Positions 51,288 to 61,660 of a stretch of DNA of 64,000 nucleotides are shown here, in pieces; the stretch's first letter is position 1, and each line of letters starts with the position of its first letter. Both the position numbers and the translations under genes were made by a program. This DNA comes from Chara braunii (taxonomy: Eukaryota > Plantae > Charophyceae): assembly GCA_003427395.1 (NCBI GenBank), contig BFEA01000007.1:6550439-6614438 (forward strand), given 5' to 3'. Under the pieces are notes generated by a model. That model saw only the letters and a program-made list of their open reading frames with translations, ran no database searches and was not told the DNA's origin.

Positions 51288-52052
51288 CAGGGTTACCTGA
51301 CCGAACGCTTGGGGGCCCCCGGGCTGGCCCCCGATTGTCGGGCGTTCGGGGTCCCGTTCGGGGGCCGAACACCTCCAGTTTTGGCCCCCGCCTAAAAATA
51401 TTTTGGAGCCTAAAAATAAGTCTTTTTTTCTGAATTGTTTTGTGTTAGTTCTCTATGATGTAACCTACACGCCTATAAATTTTGAAGTCATTCTGCTAAG
51501 CCAAAAAAACATTAAAAATCGTCAAAGATGGGGGTGTCAAAACGTGCTCGCCCACTCACTATTTTGTTTTTTTTTCACTTTTAAGTTTTTGTTTTCACTT
51601 TATTTCGGGGCCTAAACAATTTAATTATTTTTTGAAAACATTTTAATGAGTTATTTATTATGTAAACTACATATCTGTAATTTTTCATGGCATTTGTCAA
51701 TGCCAAACAATAATTAAAAATCGGTAAAGATGGCAGTGTCGAAAAGGTGCTGGCACACTCACTTATTTTAATTCTCTTTTTATTTTTTCTTATTTTTATC
51801 ATTGTGTTTATTTTTTGTATTGGATTTTTAATTCAAATTTGGTAAAGAATTTGTATGTAATGTCCAGACAAATGTTGTTTAGTTTATTTGTCTCTTTAAC
51901 ATAGTTTTGTTTCGGATTTTTTTGAAAACTTCGTTTATTTTTTTTGTTTTTTTTGTTTGGTCCGCGTTCGGCCCGAACGGCCGAACGTCTCCCGAAGGGG
52001 TCCCGTACGTTCGGGCGCTCAGGTTCGGGCGTTCGGCCCGTCCCGAATGCCG
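51288..52052 (-). mobile_element. hAT-like MITE, inverted copy of 1358-2125, missing one terminal tip
   Basis: Starts (TA)n CAGGGTTACC; colinear reverse-complement homology with 1358-2125. Confidence 0.8.
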
Positions 52053-52074
52053 GTATAATCAGTGAGGGGATTCT

Positions 52075-52134
52075 GCAGACTGTTGAGGGTTCAGCCTCCT
52101 GATGAGTCGGTGAAACTCCGACGAAACAGTTTGT
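52075..52134 (+). ncRNA. Type III hammerhead ribozyme
   Basis: Stem III GCAGACTGT/ACAGTTTGT (9 bp, 2 GU); cleavage triplet GUU at 52082-52084; stem I GAGG-GTTCAG-CCTC; core CTGATGA; stem II GTCGG-TGAAACT-CCGAC; GAAA. Confidence 0.88.
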
Positions 52135-52199
52135 CACAGCCCCTCGTTTGTTGTCCTCTTCTCTCTCTCTGCCTACGGTTTACCNNNNNNNNNNNNNNN

Positions 52200-52242
52200 C
52201 CCCACCCACCCACTCACACGGCCACCGTGGGCGCTTAGCTAG
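52200..52242 (+). mobile_element. Helitron 3' terminus (body probably lost in or before the gap)
   Basis: Hairpin CACGG-CCA-CCGTG, then GGCGCTTAGCTAG|T, the same terminal 13-mer as 20171-20183. Confidence 0.7.
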
Positions 52243-52281
52243 TTGAATTAGCCTTTTTGAAAAAACAGAGCAAAAGAAGTT

Positions 52282-52611
52282 GGGAATATTTGTCTAGCGC
52301 CCCTGTAATTTCCATTATTTTGCATCACGTCCCTCCCACGGCCGATTTACCCTGTCGCACCCCTCTGACAACGATTCATTTCCTATAAAACCCCAGGGTC
52401 ATGGGCCTGAAATTTTCCGTTATGCCCCTACCGGTACCCGTTCCAAATTTGCAGTATGTCCCTACCGGATAGCTGTTGAGTACCAGCACAAAAAAGTTCC
52501 AGAGGCCCCTACCGGTGCATCTTTTCACCACACCTCTATGGCCACGCACATGGCCGCCACTTCATTTCTGTCTGTTTGTCTGTTTGTCTGTTTGTCTGTC
52601 TGTCTGTCTGT

Positions 52612-52663
<52 letters not shown>

Positions 52664-52908
52664 GTCACGTGCTTCAAATCCAAATTTCCGGCGCAAGGGA
52701 ATGAGGGAAAGATGCATGCAGCTCTTGAGGGCATATCGTGCAGGGACCGGTGAAATGGGACTGGCCGTCCAGTGTGGGCACCGCGGAAAGCTGCGCCCCT
52801 TGCTGACAGGGGCATGCAGAGGCCCCGGGGCACAACAGGGTAAGTGGTCCGTTGTAGGGGCGCGGCGCAAAATAATGGAAATTACAGGGGCGCCAGACAA
52901 ACTTTCCG
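52282..52908. mobile_element. Mutator-like MITE
   Basis: About 75-bp imperfect TIRs (GGAA..TTTGTCT.GCGCCCCTGTAATTTCCATTATTTTGC); 9-bp TSD AAAGAAGTT/AAAAAAGTT. Confidence 0.85.
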
Positions 52909-53105
52909 AAAAAAGTTATGGTGTGAGTATGCCCTGAGTGAGGCTGACATCAGTGTAGCTCATTGTGTGAGTACGTCCTCGGTGGCTCTTCTTTGGGCAT
53001 GTGGCCTAAAAGAGTGCTGTGAATGAGTATGCGCTTTCCTTTTTTTTTTTTTTTTTTTTTTTTTTGGAAAAAGGAACTTTGGGGGGTGAAAGGAAAAAAA
53101 AAAAG

Positions 53106-53136
<31 letters not shown>

Positions 53137-53143
53137 AAAAAAG

Positions 53144-53626
53144 TGCATCTGTACCCCACTTAAAGATGGGAATACCCGCTATACACAGTCCCAGCAGGAA
53201 CTTGCATCTATACCCGGAGTTGCATAGTGCCCAGCTTTTCCCCTGTGTGAAATTGTAGGTGTAACCCAATCCCGCAGGCCCTGGATTTTGAGCACAAAAT
53301 TATGCTCATGCCCATGAAGTAGACCTTTGTGGGCCAAAGGCTGCTGGGTATTGGCATAATTTCAGCCATCCGGGTAGCAGGGTATATGAACAATTTGACC
53401 TCTCCTCCTGAGGTCCCGGGTATGCCCATAATTTTGCCTGGGTATGTCCATAAAATTTGTGCATTCCCGTGGTTGGTTATAACCGCAATTTTGCGGTAAC
53501 AACCTGGGTCCACCTAGGTCCTGGGCATGCAAACAATTTCCAACAGCCGTTTTCTGGGCATAGACGCAAGTTGGCGATGGGCTGGGTATAGCCGGTATTC
53601 CCATCTTTAAGTGGGGTACAGATGCA
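53144..53626. mobile_element. MITE with about 45-bp TIRs
   Basis: TGCATCTGTACCCCACTTAAAGATGGGAATACC is perfectly inverted at both ends; TSD not resolved. Confidence 0.8.
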
Positions 53627-53982
53627 ATTTTCCCTCCTGTTTTCCCCTCTTTGGCAGCCGCTGTTTCGCGATGCGCAGGGCTCGACCCTGTCGGTTGCCT
53701 TGGGCGTGGTTTTTGTGGGATTGTTCTTTGTTTCTTACCCCGTTTCTCAATGACAGCGTGAGGGGCTCGAATCCCCATCACCTTCGGATTGAGTTATCGA
53801 GGCGAGCGCGGGGCCGGTTCACGCGAAGCGGCGGCGGGAAAAGCCGATTCAGCCGTCTGGCTTTGATTTCGCTGCTTCAGGTTCGTTCGTTTCCTCGTGC
53901 TTGCAGTGTTGCTGACATCGAGAACAACGAGACCTATCGAGCTGGTGATGATCGAGATCGTGTGTGTGTGTGTGTGTGTATG

Positions 53983-54020
53983 CTGTCTCTTATACACATC
54001 TAGATGTGTATAAGAGACAG
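53983..54020. other. Nextera mate-pair junction adapter (Tn5 mosaic-end duplex), sequencing artefact
   Basis: Exact CTGTCTCTTATACACATCT followed by AGATGTGTATAAGAGACAG. Confidence 0.99.
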
Positions 54021-54380
54021 ATGCAAAACACACTAAAAAAGTTTCAAAAAATAATAAAATTGTTTAGATCCCGAACTAAAGTGAAAACAAAAACTAAAAA
54101 GTGAAAAAGAACGTGGGCAAGCACGTTTTGACGCCGCCATCTTTGGCGATTTTTATTTCTTATTGGGCTAAGCTAAATGACTTGAAAATTTATAGGCGTG
54201 TACCTCACGTTATAGAGAACTCACAAAAAATAATTTAGAAAAAAAAACAAAAATTAGGCCACAAAATAATTTTTGGCCGGGACCGAACGCCGTCGGGTTC
54301 GGACCCTGTACGGGACCCCGAACGCCCATACGTACGGAGGTCTGCCCGGGGACCTCCGTACGTACGGGCTGTTAACCCTA
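54021..54380 (+). mobile_element. Right half of the hAT-like MITE family, cut at the adapter
   Basis: Colinear with about 1740-2125; ends TAACCCTA followed by (TA)n. Confidence 0.8.
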
Positions 54381-56300
54381 CATATATATATTAGATCGTA
54401 AAAACAGTGTCACGCTAAATCGTCTCATTTCCAATTTTTTTCACCTTACCATGCGAGGGCCAACGATAAACTAGTCCAACTTCATAGATTTTTCGCGTTG
54501 AAAGGAAAACGTGAAGAAATATGAAAATGGGAGGGTCTGTAAACGTCGTAGTGGTGTTTCCTGGAAAAATATTTAAAAAATTAGAAAATTTTATTTCAAC
54601 GACGAAAAAAATCACGGTGGTAATTCGATGCATGTACATTTTTGTCATTTCCCAGCTCTCCCTATTGTGCTACAGGTAGCCCTCATGAACTTGTACTACA
54701 TGTCTCCCCGAATTTCGAGCGCCAGGGCCTGTGGTGGTTTAACTATTTACTAGGAAAATAAAATATTCATTGACACTTTTTAGAGGGTGCGGGTTCTGTG
54801 TGTGAAGGTGCGAGAGAGTGTCTCATTTCTGCATGGCCTCAACCAACTCTCAGACATTGGCAGTGGGATGACAAGCGCGCATTTGATCTGATTAGAGAGT
54901 GCGTGGCATGCACTTTGAGGGCATACAAAAGTTATAGGCAAACATCTGATTATGTAATGTGAACGAGACATGTGAGCGATATTTGCGCCTTAGTAGTGGA
55001 GTTAGGAAAGGATTGTGATGTAACTGAAGTTTCGCAGGCGGAGTGTGTTCGTTCCGAGATTGGCATTGGATAATCGGGGTTAGGATTTAGTCATTAGAAC
55101 CATTGACTTACTTGAGACGACTTTAGGTTTAGCGTGGTATGAAGTGTCTAACTTCCTAGGCCGACCATGTTATTGGTCAACGGTAATAGTCGCCCGCAGC
55201 CTTGGAAAGGTCGGCGTGGGAGAGGGGTAGTAAAGGCAAAAGTAGATGTTCTACCGGTATAAAGGTAGTAGAAGTACGGTCTTCCGCGGAATAATAACTG
55301 ATTGAAAGAGCCAGAATCCTTTGTTGCAGTGCAACATGGTCGATAGCGCAATAAGCCGTAGGTGAGGCCGGTTCCTTTGAGGGCCGGATGGGGTAGCATG
55401 GCGCGAAGAGGAATGGCCGGTGGGCCAAAGAACGACTTTTTATGCTGTTCGACAGACCTTGGATCAACACAGATACCCTTTATAAGGAAGTTTGTGCCTG
55501 CTACACCCAAGCTTGGGCCTAACCCTATAGGTTACGACTTTGGAATAATATGACGAAGATCCGTGGATCGAAGCCGGCAGCCGGCAGCGAAGGAGTGAAG
55601 GAGCGGAGGAGCGTCTTGTGAAGAAAACTAAGAAGTTGAGGGTCCCGCGGGACTATCTCCCTTAGTTTTGCTAGGGAGTCCGACAACGGGTCTGACGGGT
55701 AGGACTAAAAGGGGACCGACAGGTTCCCTCTTTCTCCCCCGTTTGATGGTCCCTTCTTTATTTTATTTTTATTTATTTATTTATTTTTTTATTTTTTTCG
55801 GCACCGGTTCTAGTACTAGCATGAAACCAACGGGCCTAGCTTTGTTGGTACACCTATGAACTGTTGAAATACAGACCCGAGTTCGGAACCAGATGATGGT
55901 TTTAGATGTATAAAAACCAGATATTTCTGAGTTGCCTGAATCACCTGGGGCCGGTCGATTTGAAACTGATACCTTTAGCCGCTGTCTATGGGACAGTCCT
56001 TCGGGGGATCCGTTAAAAGTGAAACGGAGGAGATTAGAGAGGCCCCTAGGCAAGAGTAGTACACCTACAATGTTTGAACCTGATGTCGAAGAGAGGGAAG
56101 GTTCGGGTATGATAGTTATTACCAGTAGACGGGGTAAAGTTCCTACAATCGTGGAAGGTCGGTCCAAGCTACTATAAGATGGTGGGGGCAATGATAGCAG
56201 GGCTTAGGCTGATAATCTGATTTCCTTCTTGACCAAAGTGAAAGTTGCGATTAGAGCGGGAAGTATTGGTAGTAGAGTGTGCGTTGGTGAGGAAGAAGAC

Positions 56301-56537
56301 AACAACGATTTCGTTAAAACGGGTATTTTATTGTTTTTGAACGAAATTAAAACCGACTTATTTGGCCCTGGAAATATCACCGTTTTAGCTCCTTATGGTC
56401 CCCTTTGGATATATCTGAACTTCGGTTGAGTCCAAATGAACCGTCAAGAGATAAACAGTGATATGTTTTGGGCGAAATAAGTAGGTTTCAATTTCATTCA
56501 AAACGTATAAAATGTTCGTTTTGACGAAATCGTTGTT
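56301..56537. mobile_element. 237-bp foldback MITE with 4-bp TSD AGAC
   Basis: AACAACGATTTCG...CGAAATCGTTGTT; arms of about 100 bp pair imperfectly; AGAC on both flanks. Confidence 0.85.
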
Positions 56538-59500
56538 AGACAGGGAAATAACAAGAGAGAAGGACGAAGGCGAAACTCATCCGCACTTGTTTCTGAGTGG
56601 GAGCGGACAGGTTGAGGCAAGAAACAAAGGTTATGGGCTATGGCGACCCCGAATTCGTTGTCAGTTTGATGGTTAGTAGGGTAGACAGGGAAATAACGAA
56701 GAAGGTCGTGTCAGGGAAGATTCGGGGGAAGAGAATAAGCTAAGGAAATAATAAGGAGAGGGGCGACAAAAAAAACAAGGAGGTAGGAACAGACGGTTAC
56801 GGTAGGAGGTGACGGTCACAACAGAAGAGAGAGGATGGTCAGAATCACGACCATCTTGATCACTATCGTGTTCGTTAGCAGGGTCGCGATAGCCACGTAA
56901 CTGCTATTTTCAACTCATTAGACCGCGTTGCCCATTTCCGCTCACCTTCGTTGTGGTCTTCACCAATAGTTTTTGCCCCTCCAACATTGCTATCTCTTTC
57001 TTTGGGGTAACTCGTCTTCGTGGCCACTGTTTTTCTCCATGGTCAAGGTCATCGCTCTCGGTGGTCATATGTTTTTTTCTTTGGTTACGATCGCAGATGC
57101 CGGCTCGCTCCGAAGTAATAATTTGGGTTTGGATGTATAGAGACGAGAATATCAGTCGAATGCATTAGAACTCAAAGGGCGATGTTGAATGAACCTGGTC
57201 GGACCTTCAATCCGGGTGCGCAAAAAGGGAAGTAAAGGGTGATAGGCGCAGAGAGAGATTGAAAGGGCTAGTTTGCCTGTGTCAGTATCTTTTCATTATC
57301 TAGCGAAGGATTTCCTCTCGGTGAGTTGAACAACGGGCCCAGTAAAGAAGTAGTTTCTCCATCGAAGACCTTCGTGTGCTTTGGAGGAAGGTTCTTTCTC
57401 ATTCGTACGTCAGGTGCGTGGCCTATGACCGTGAGATTTCACATCGTCGTCGTCGTGATCGATCTGATGATTGCCATGATATGAGGGTCTGGAACATCTT
57501 ATTAATTTGGGACATCGTCATGCACTTTCGGCTTCGCCTCCATCGTGCGCACATTAAGGTGGTAGTGGTGGTTTTACTCATCGTGGCAATCGACTTCTTT
57601 TATAACGTATCTTTCTGTATTCTAGCGGAATATTCATGATGAAAATTACACTCTTTTGTGACCTTTATTACCGCGGTTTCCACACAATGCTGGTTTTTTA
57701 AGCTCACATCAATGTTTTTCCTATGATTCTGCATGGTAAGTCACGACGCTTAATTGAAGACGTAGCTTGGTTCAGGGTTGACTGTTGGAATCTTCATTCG
57801 GTAAGGTCAGACTAGCTCGGTTTGTGTCGGTCGAAGCCATGCTCGTCTGACTGAAATGCCGACCAGGCCCCATGAGAGTAAGAACTAGCAGTTACGAGAA
57901 GGAAAATTGCGGGCAGTAAGAAAGTTGGGGCAGGCAAGCTGGAAACGGGACCGGATAGTGGACAACGAGGAAAAAAGTTAGGGAGTAAGGATAGAAGAGT
58001 AGGAGGAATAAGAGACAAGGTAATGAGTAATGTTACGAGAGTAATCTGAGTTTCATGCAGCAGAAGGAAGAGCAGGGGCAATGCAGCTACAGTGGAACGT
58101 ACCTTCTCATGTCCTAGCAAGATTGTGCATCGAGTAGGGGAGTGAGACACATAGTCAGGCGCTACTATTCATCGTTGTAAATGTTTTTTTTCAAGTTCAT
58201 TTTCAGTCCTCCCTTTGGTGCGATGACCTGTCGTTCCCGATATTGCGATCAGTTTCAACAACAACGTTTTCGACTATCGTAACCGGGGAGACCTGGACCT
58301 TTGCTCATATAAGTGCATTGTGTCGTGAGCATTATCTAAGCGTAAGAACAGGCATAGGAGAGAATAAGAGAAGATAAGACCTTCAAGGGGAGAGAGAGAG
58401 AGGTTACTTACCAATGCGAACTGGTGATGCCTGAGTAGCACCAAAGGTTAACAGGGACCCTCACTATTCATCCCCAAGGTAACACCCCCGACCCTGAAAA
58501 GTGCATTGGATATCGTTTTTTTCAGTTTTTTTTTTTTGCCCTGTTTTATTTTTGGTTAAGGCATGTGTGTGCCAAGTTTGATGTTTGTTGGGGTCTTGGA
58601 ATTCACTATTTTGGCCAGCCCTAAAAAATCCTGAAAATCCTGAAAACTGAAAAGAGTGAATTTTGCATGCAAACGCACTTTTGCCTTGGGGTTTAAGGCC
58701 CCTTTGATTTTTTTTTATTTTTTTTATTTTTTTTTTGGTTTATTTGGTGTCCACTCTATGGTCTGGTGACAAGTCTGGCGTAAAAGGTACGGGACGTTTG
58801 TTATAATGACCCTGAAAAAATTCTGAAAATTTAGGGCTTTGTTAACCTCTTCTCCTGAGTAGAGAGATGAGAAGGACCGCCGGTAGAGGCATGCAACAGT
58901 ATTGACAGACAAATCATATGTGCAGACTTGGGTGCACAGGCAAAAGAGCACTGTCGAATGGAGGTTTTGACTGGGCAGGACACCTAAATAGCAGATACGT
59001 AGGGAATCAAAGGGCTAAGGCTCAATTGGATCTGATTTCCAAGTCGAATCCAAATCATGAAAAAGTTTGGCTACGAGTTGAGAAGACACGTACTTGGTCA
59101 TGACGTTGGTCTGCATGATCGACAGTCGCATGTGTTGAGTTACTGTTGTTGTTCGTTGTTACTATGTTACTATGCTCAACGGTTGTGCGACACTTGCCAT
59201 TGTTGTGTTTTGTCGGGTCTTGTTTTGCACGGCGTCGTGCTTTGCATCGCTGCGAATTGCCATGGGTCATTGAACCTGCGGAATTGCTACTAGGTAACGC
59301 TATTTTGATTAGTTATGGCATGCAACTGCCATGCGCATTGCTGACCAGCTAAGTATTGGTGAGTCTCGTTTGCACTTGGGGCACGCTCAATTCGAAAGTG
59401 GTCTTTCTAGACTAAGTAACAACGGTTTGATAAGGAGGAAGCGACACTGTGACTTTGGAGGAGTGACCAGACTCAACAAAGGGGTCATTGCTACGACACG

Positions 59501-60037
59501 GAGGTTTGTCTGGAGACTAGTACGCTGCATTCAAATCACGATTTGATCATCATCATTGCAGGATCTTCCGACGATTGAAGATTACAAGGCCCTCTCTTGC
59601 GAGTTGAGTTTGTCCCTCTCTTATATCTCAAACACCTGAAACCCCTCCTTCTACCCTTCTTACTCTAAGTCTAGCCTGAGGTTACGAGAGGAAGGCGACA
59701 GGCGGGATTGCAACCCGTAGGACCGCGGCAAAACCTTGTGGGAGGTCCACCCAATGATTGTGGGAGCTCTGTCGGAGCCCAGGCGGGGTTCTGGAGGCAA
59801 GGAACACTCAGGTATAATTCTCGTTTTACACGTGTGATCCTATCCCCGAAATTATACTACCCCTTATTTGTGTGCCTAAAGGTATGATTGAGAAAGTTAT
59901 TATTTTTTATTGCTTTCATTTCAAGACATGATCTGAAAAGGGGCTAAATTAACAAGTATGTAGGAGAATTCAGATTTCTTGTGTGAATTCAAACACAATG
60001 AAAATGTGACCTTATTTGTTGTTGTGTTGGGGAGACT

Positions 60038-61325
60038 TGACGAACGCATAAGTTGCGGGATGTTCGGTCATACGCACATGTTGCTTGTTTAGGCGGGGTT
60101 AGACTACCGATAAGTTGAGTAGCCTAGTTCTACGCTATATGTCATTGCTTGGGCTAGCTAGTCACACCATAAGTGTGTGTCTAGTTATATGTCTGTCGTG
60201 GTTTGTTCAGGCAGAGGCTAGACCACTCAAAAGTTGATGTGGTTCAGTTAATTGTGTATGTTGAATGTTTAGGCTGATCAGCCTCACCATAAGTTGGTGC
60301 GATCCGGTCGTACGTCTTATATCAATCGTTCAGGTGGAGGTTAATCACACCATAAGTTGGTGTGGTAAGTTTTATGCCTTATGTTTATTCGTTGAAAATA
60401 GTTGTATTGCGAAAATTTGGCGAACGCATAAGTTGCGGGTTGTTCGGTCATTCGCGTATGTGATTTTGTCTAGGTTGGGCTAAACTACTCATAAGTTGAG
60501 TAGCCTGGTTTTACGTTATATATCACTATTTGGGCTGGCTGGGTACATCATAAGTTGGTGTGTTCCGGTCATATGCCTTTTGTCGTTATTCAGGCAAAGG
60601 TTGACCCCTCATAAGTTAAGGAGGTTCAGTTTCTTTGTGTATGTCAAACGTTTAGGCTGACTAGCCTCACCATAAGTTGATGCGGCCCGGTAATACGCCT
60701 TATGTCGATCGTCCAGGAGGAAACTGGTCACACCATAAGTTGGTGTGGCTTAGTCTTATGCCTTACGTTTATTTGTGCTACCAGACTAGAGCACCATAAG
60801 TTGGTGTGACCTAGTCATATAAACTAGCAGATCAGTCACATTCATAAGTTGGGTTGACTAATTTTATGCCTTATGTAAGGAAGGGTAAAAGGGAATAGCG
60901 AGGGATTTGAACGAGCTATGTGATCTGGGAAGAAACTTGAGGGTTGGCGAGAGATGTTGTTGCGCTTACCTGTGTACGTTATTAAGGTTTATCTTTGGGG
61001 TATTCTTTTTGATAACTTAGTTGCGCTAGATGTTCATTGAGTGCTGGAGCTATAGGTAGGTGAGATGGATAATGGGAGGGAAGCTTGGTATATGGTAGGA
61101 CTGACCTTACTGACTCGCGATACCATCTTGAAGGAAGGGTCGCGTAGGCTATCTCATGTCCTAACTATCAATTAAGTGTTAGAAAATTGGTCACACCATA
61201 AGTTGGTATGGCTTAGTCTTATGCCTTACGTTTATTTGTACTACAAGACTATGGCACTATAAGTTGGTGTGACCTAGTCATATAAACTGACAGATCAGTT
61301 ACGTCAATAAGTTTAGTTGGCTAAT
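60038..61325 (+). repeat. Array of 17 stem-loops with ATAAGTT loop, about 61-bp period, organised in higher-order repeats
   Basis: Loops at 60048, 60110, 60169, 60229, 60289, 60352, 60428, 60491, 60550, 60611, 60672, 60735, 60796, 60844, 61198, 61259 and 61307. Confidence 0.9.
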
Positions 61326-61660
61326 CTTATCCCTTATGTAAGGAACGGTAAAAATAAGTAAAGAGGGATTTGAACAAGCTATGTGATCTGAGAAAGAACC
61401 TGAGGGTTGGCGAGAGATGTTGTTGCGATCACCTGTGTATAATCTTAAGGTTTATCTCTTGGGTTTTCTTTTTGATAGCTTAGTTGTGTTAGATGCTCGC
61501 TAAGTGTTGGAGCTATAGGTAGGTGAGATGCATGATGGGAGAGAAGTTTGAGATATGGTAGGACTGACCTTATTGAAAGTTAGGACTAGTAATAGCTCGC
61601 GATACCATCTTCAAGGAAGGGTCGCGTAGACTATCTCCTATCCTAACTATCAATTAAGTG
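60726..61660 (+). repeat. About 463-bp tandem duplication
   Basis: 60726-61180 is colinear with 61189-61660. Confidence 0.9.

Noticed and set aside
53983-54020. Genuine Tn5/IS50 ends or horizontal transfer
   Set aside because: Exact synthetic mosaic-end duplex with no transposase.
58447-58848. Possible MITE with GGTTAACA...TGTTAACC ends
   Set aside because: Only 8-bp inverted match, no TSD or paralog in the window.
60038-61325. CRISPR array interpretation
   Set aside because: Only 7 nt are conserved, spacers are homologous to one another, there are no cas genes, and the context is eukaryotic TE DNA.
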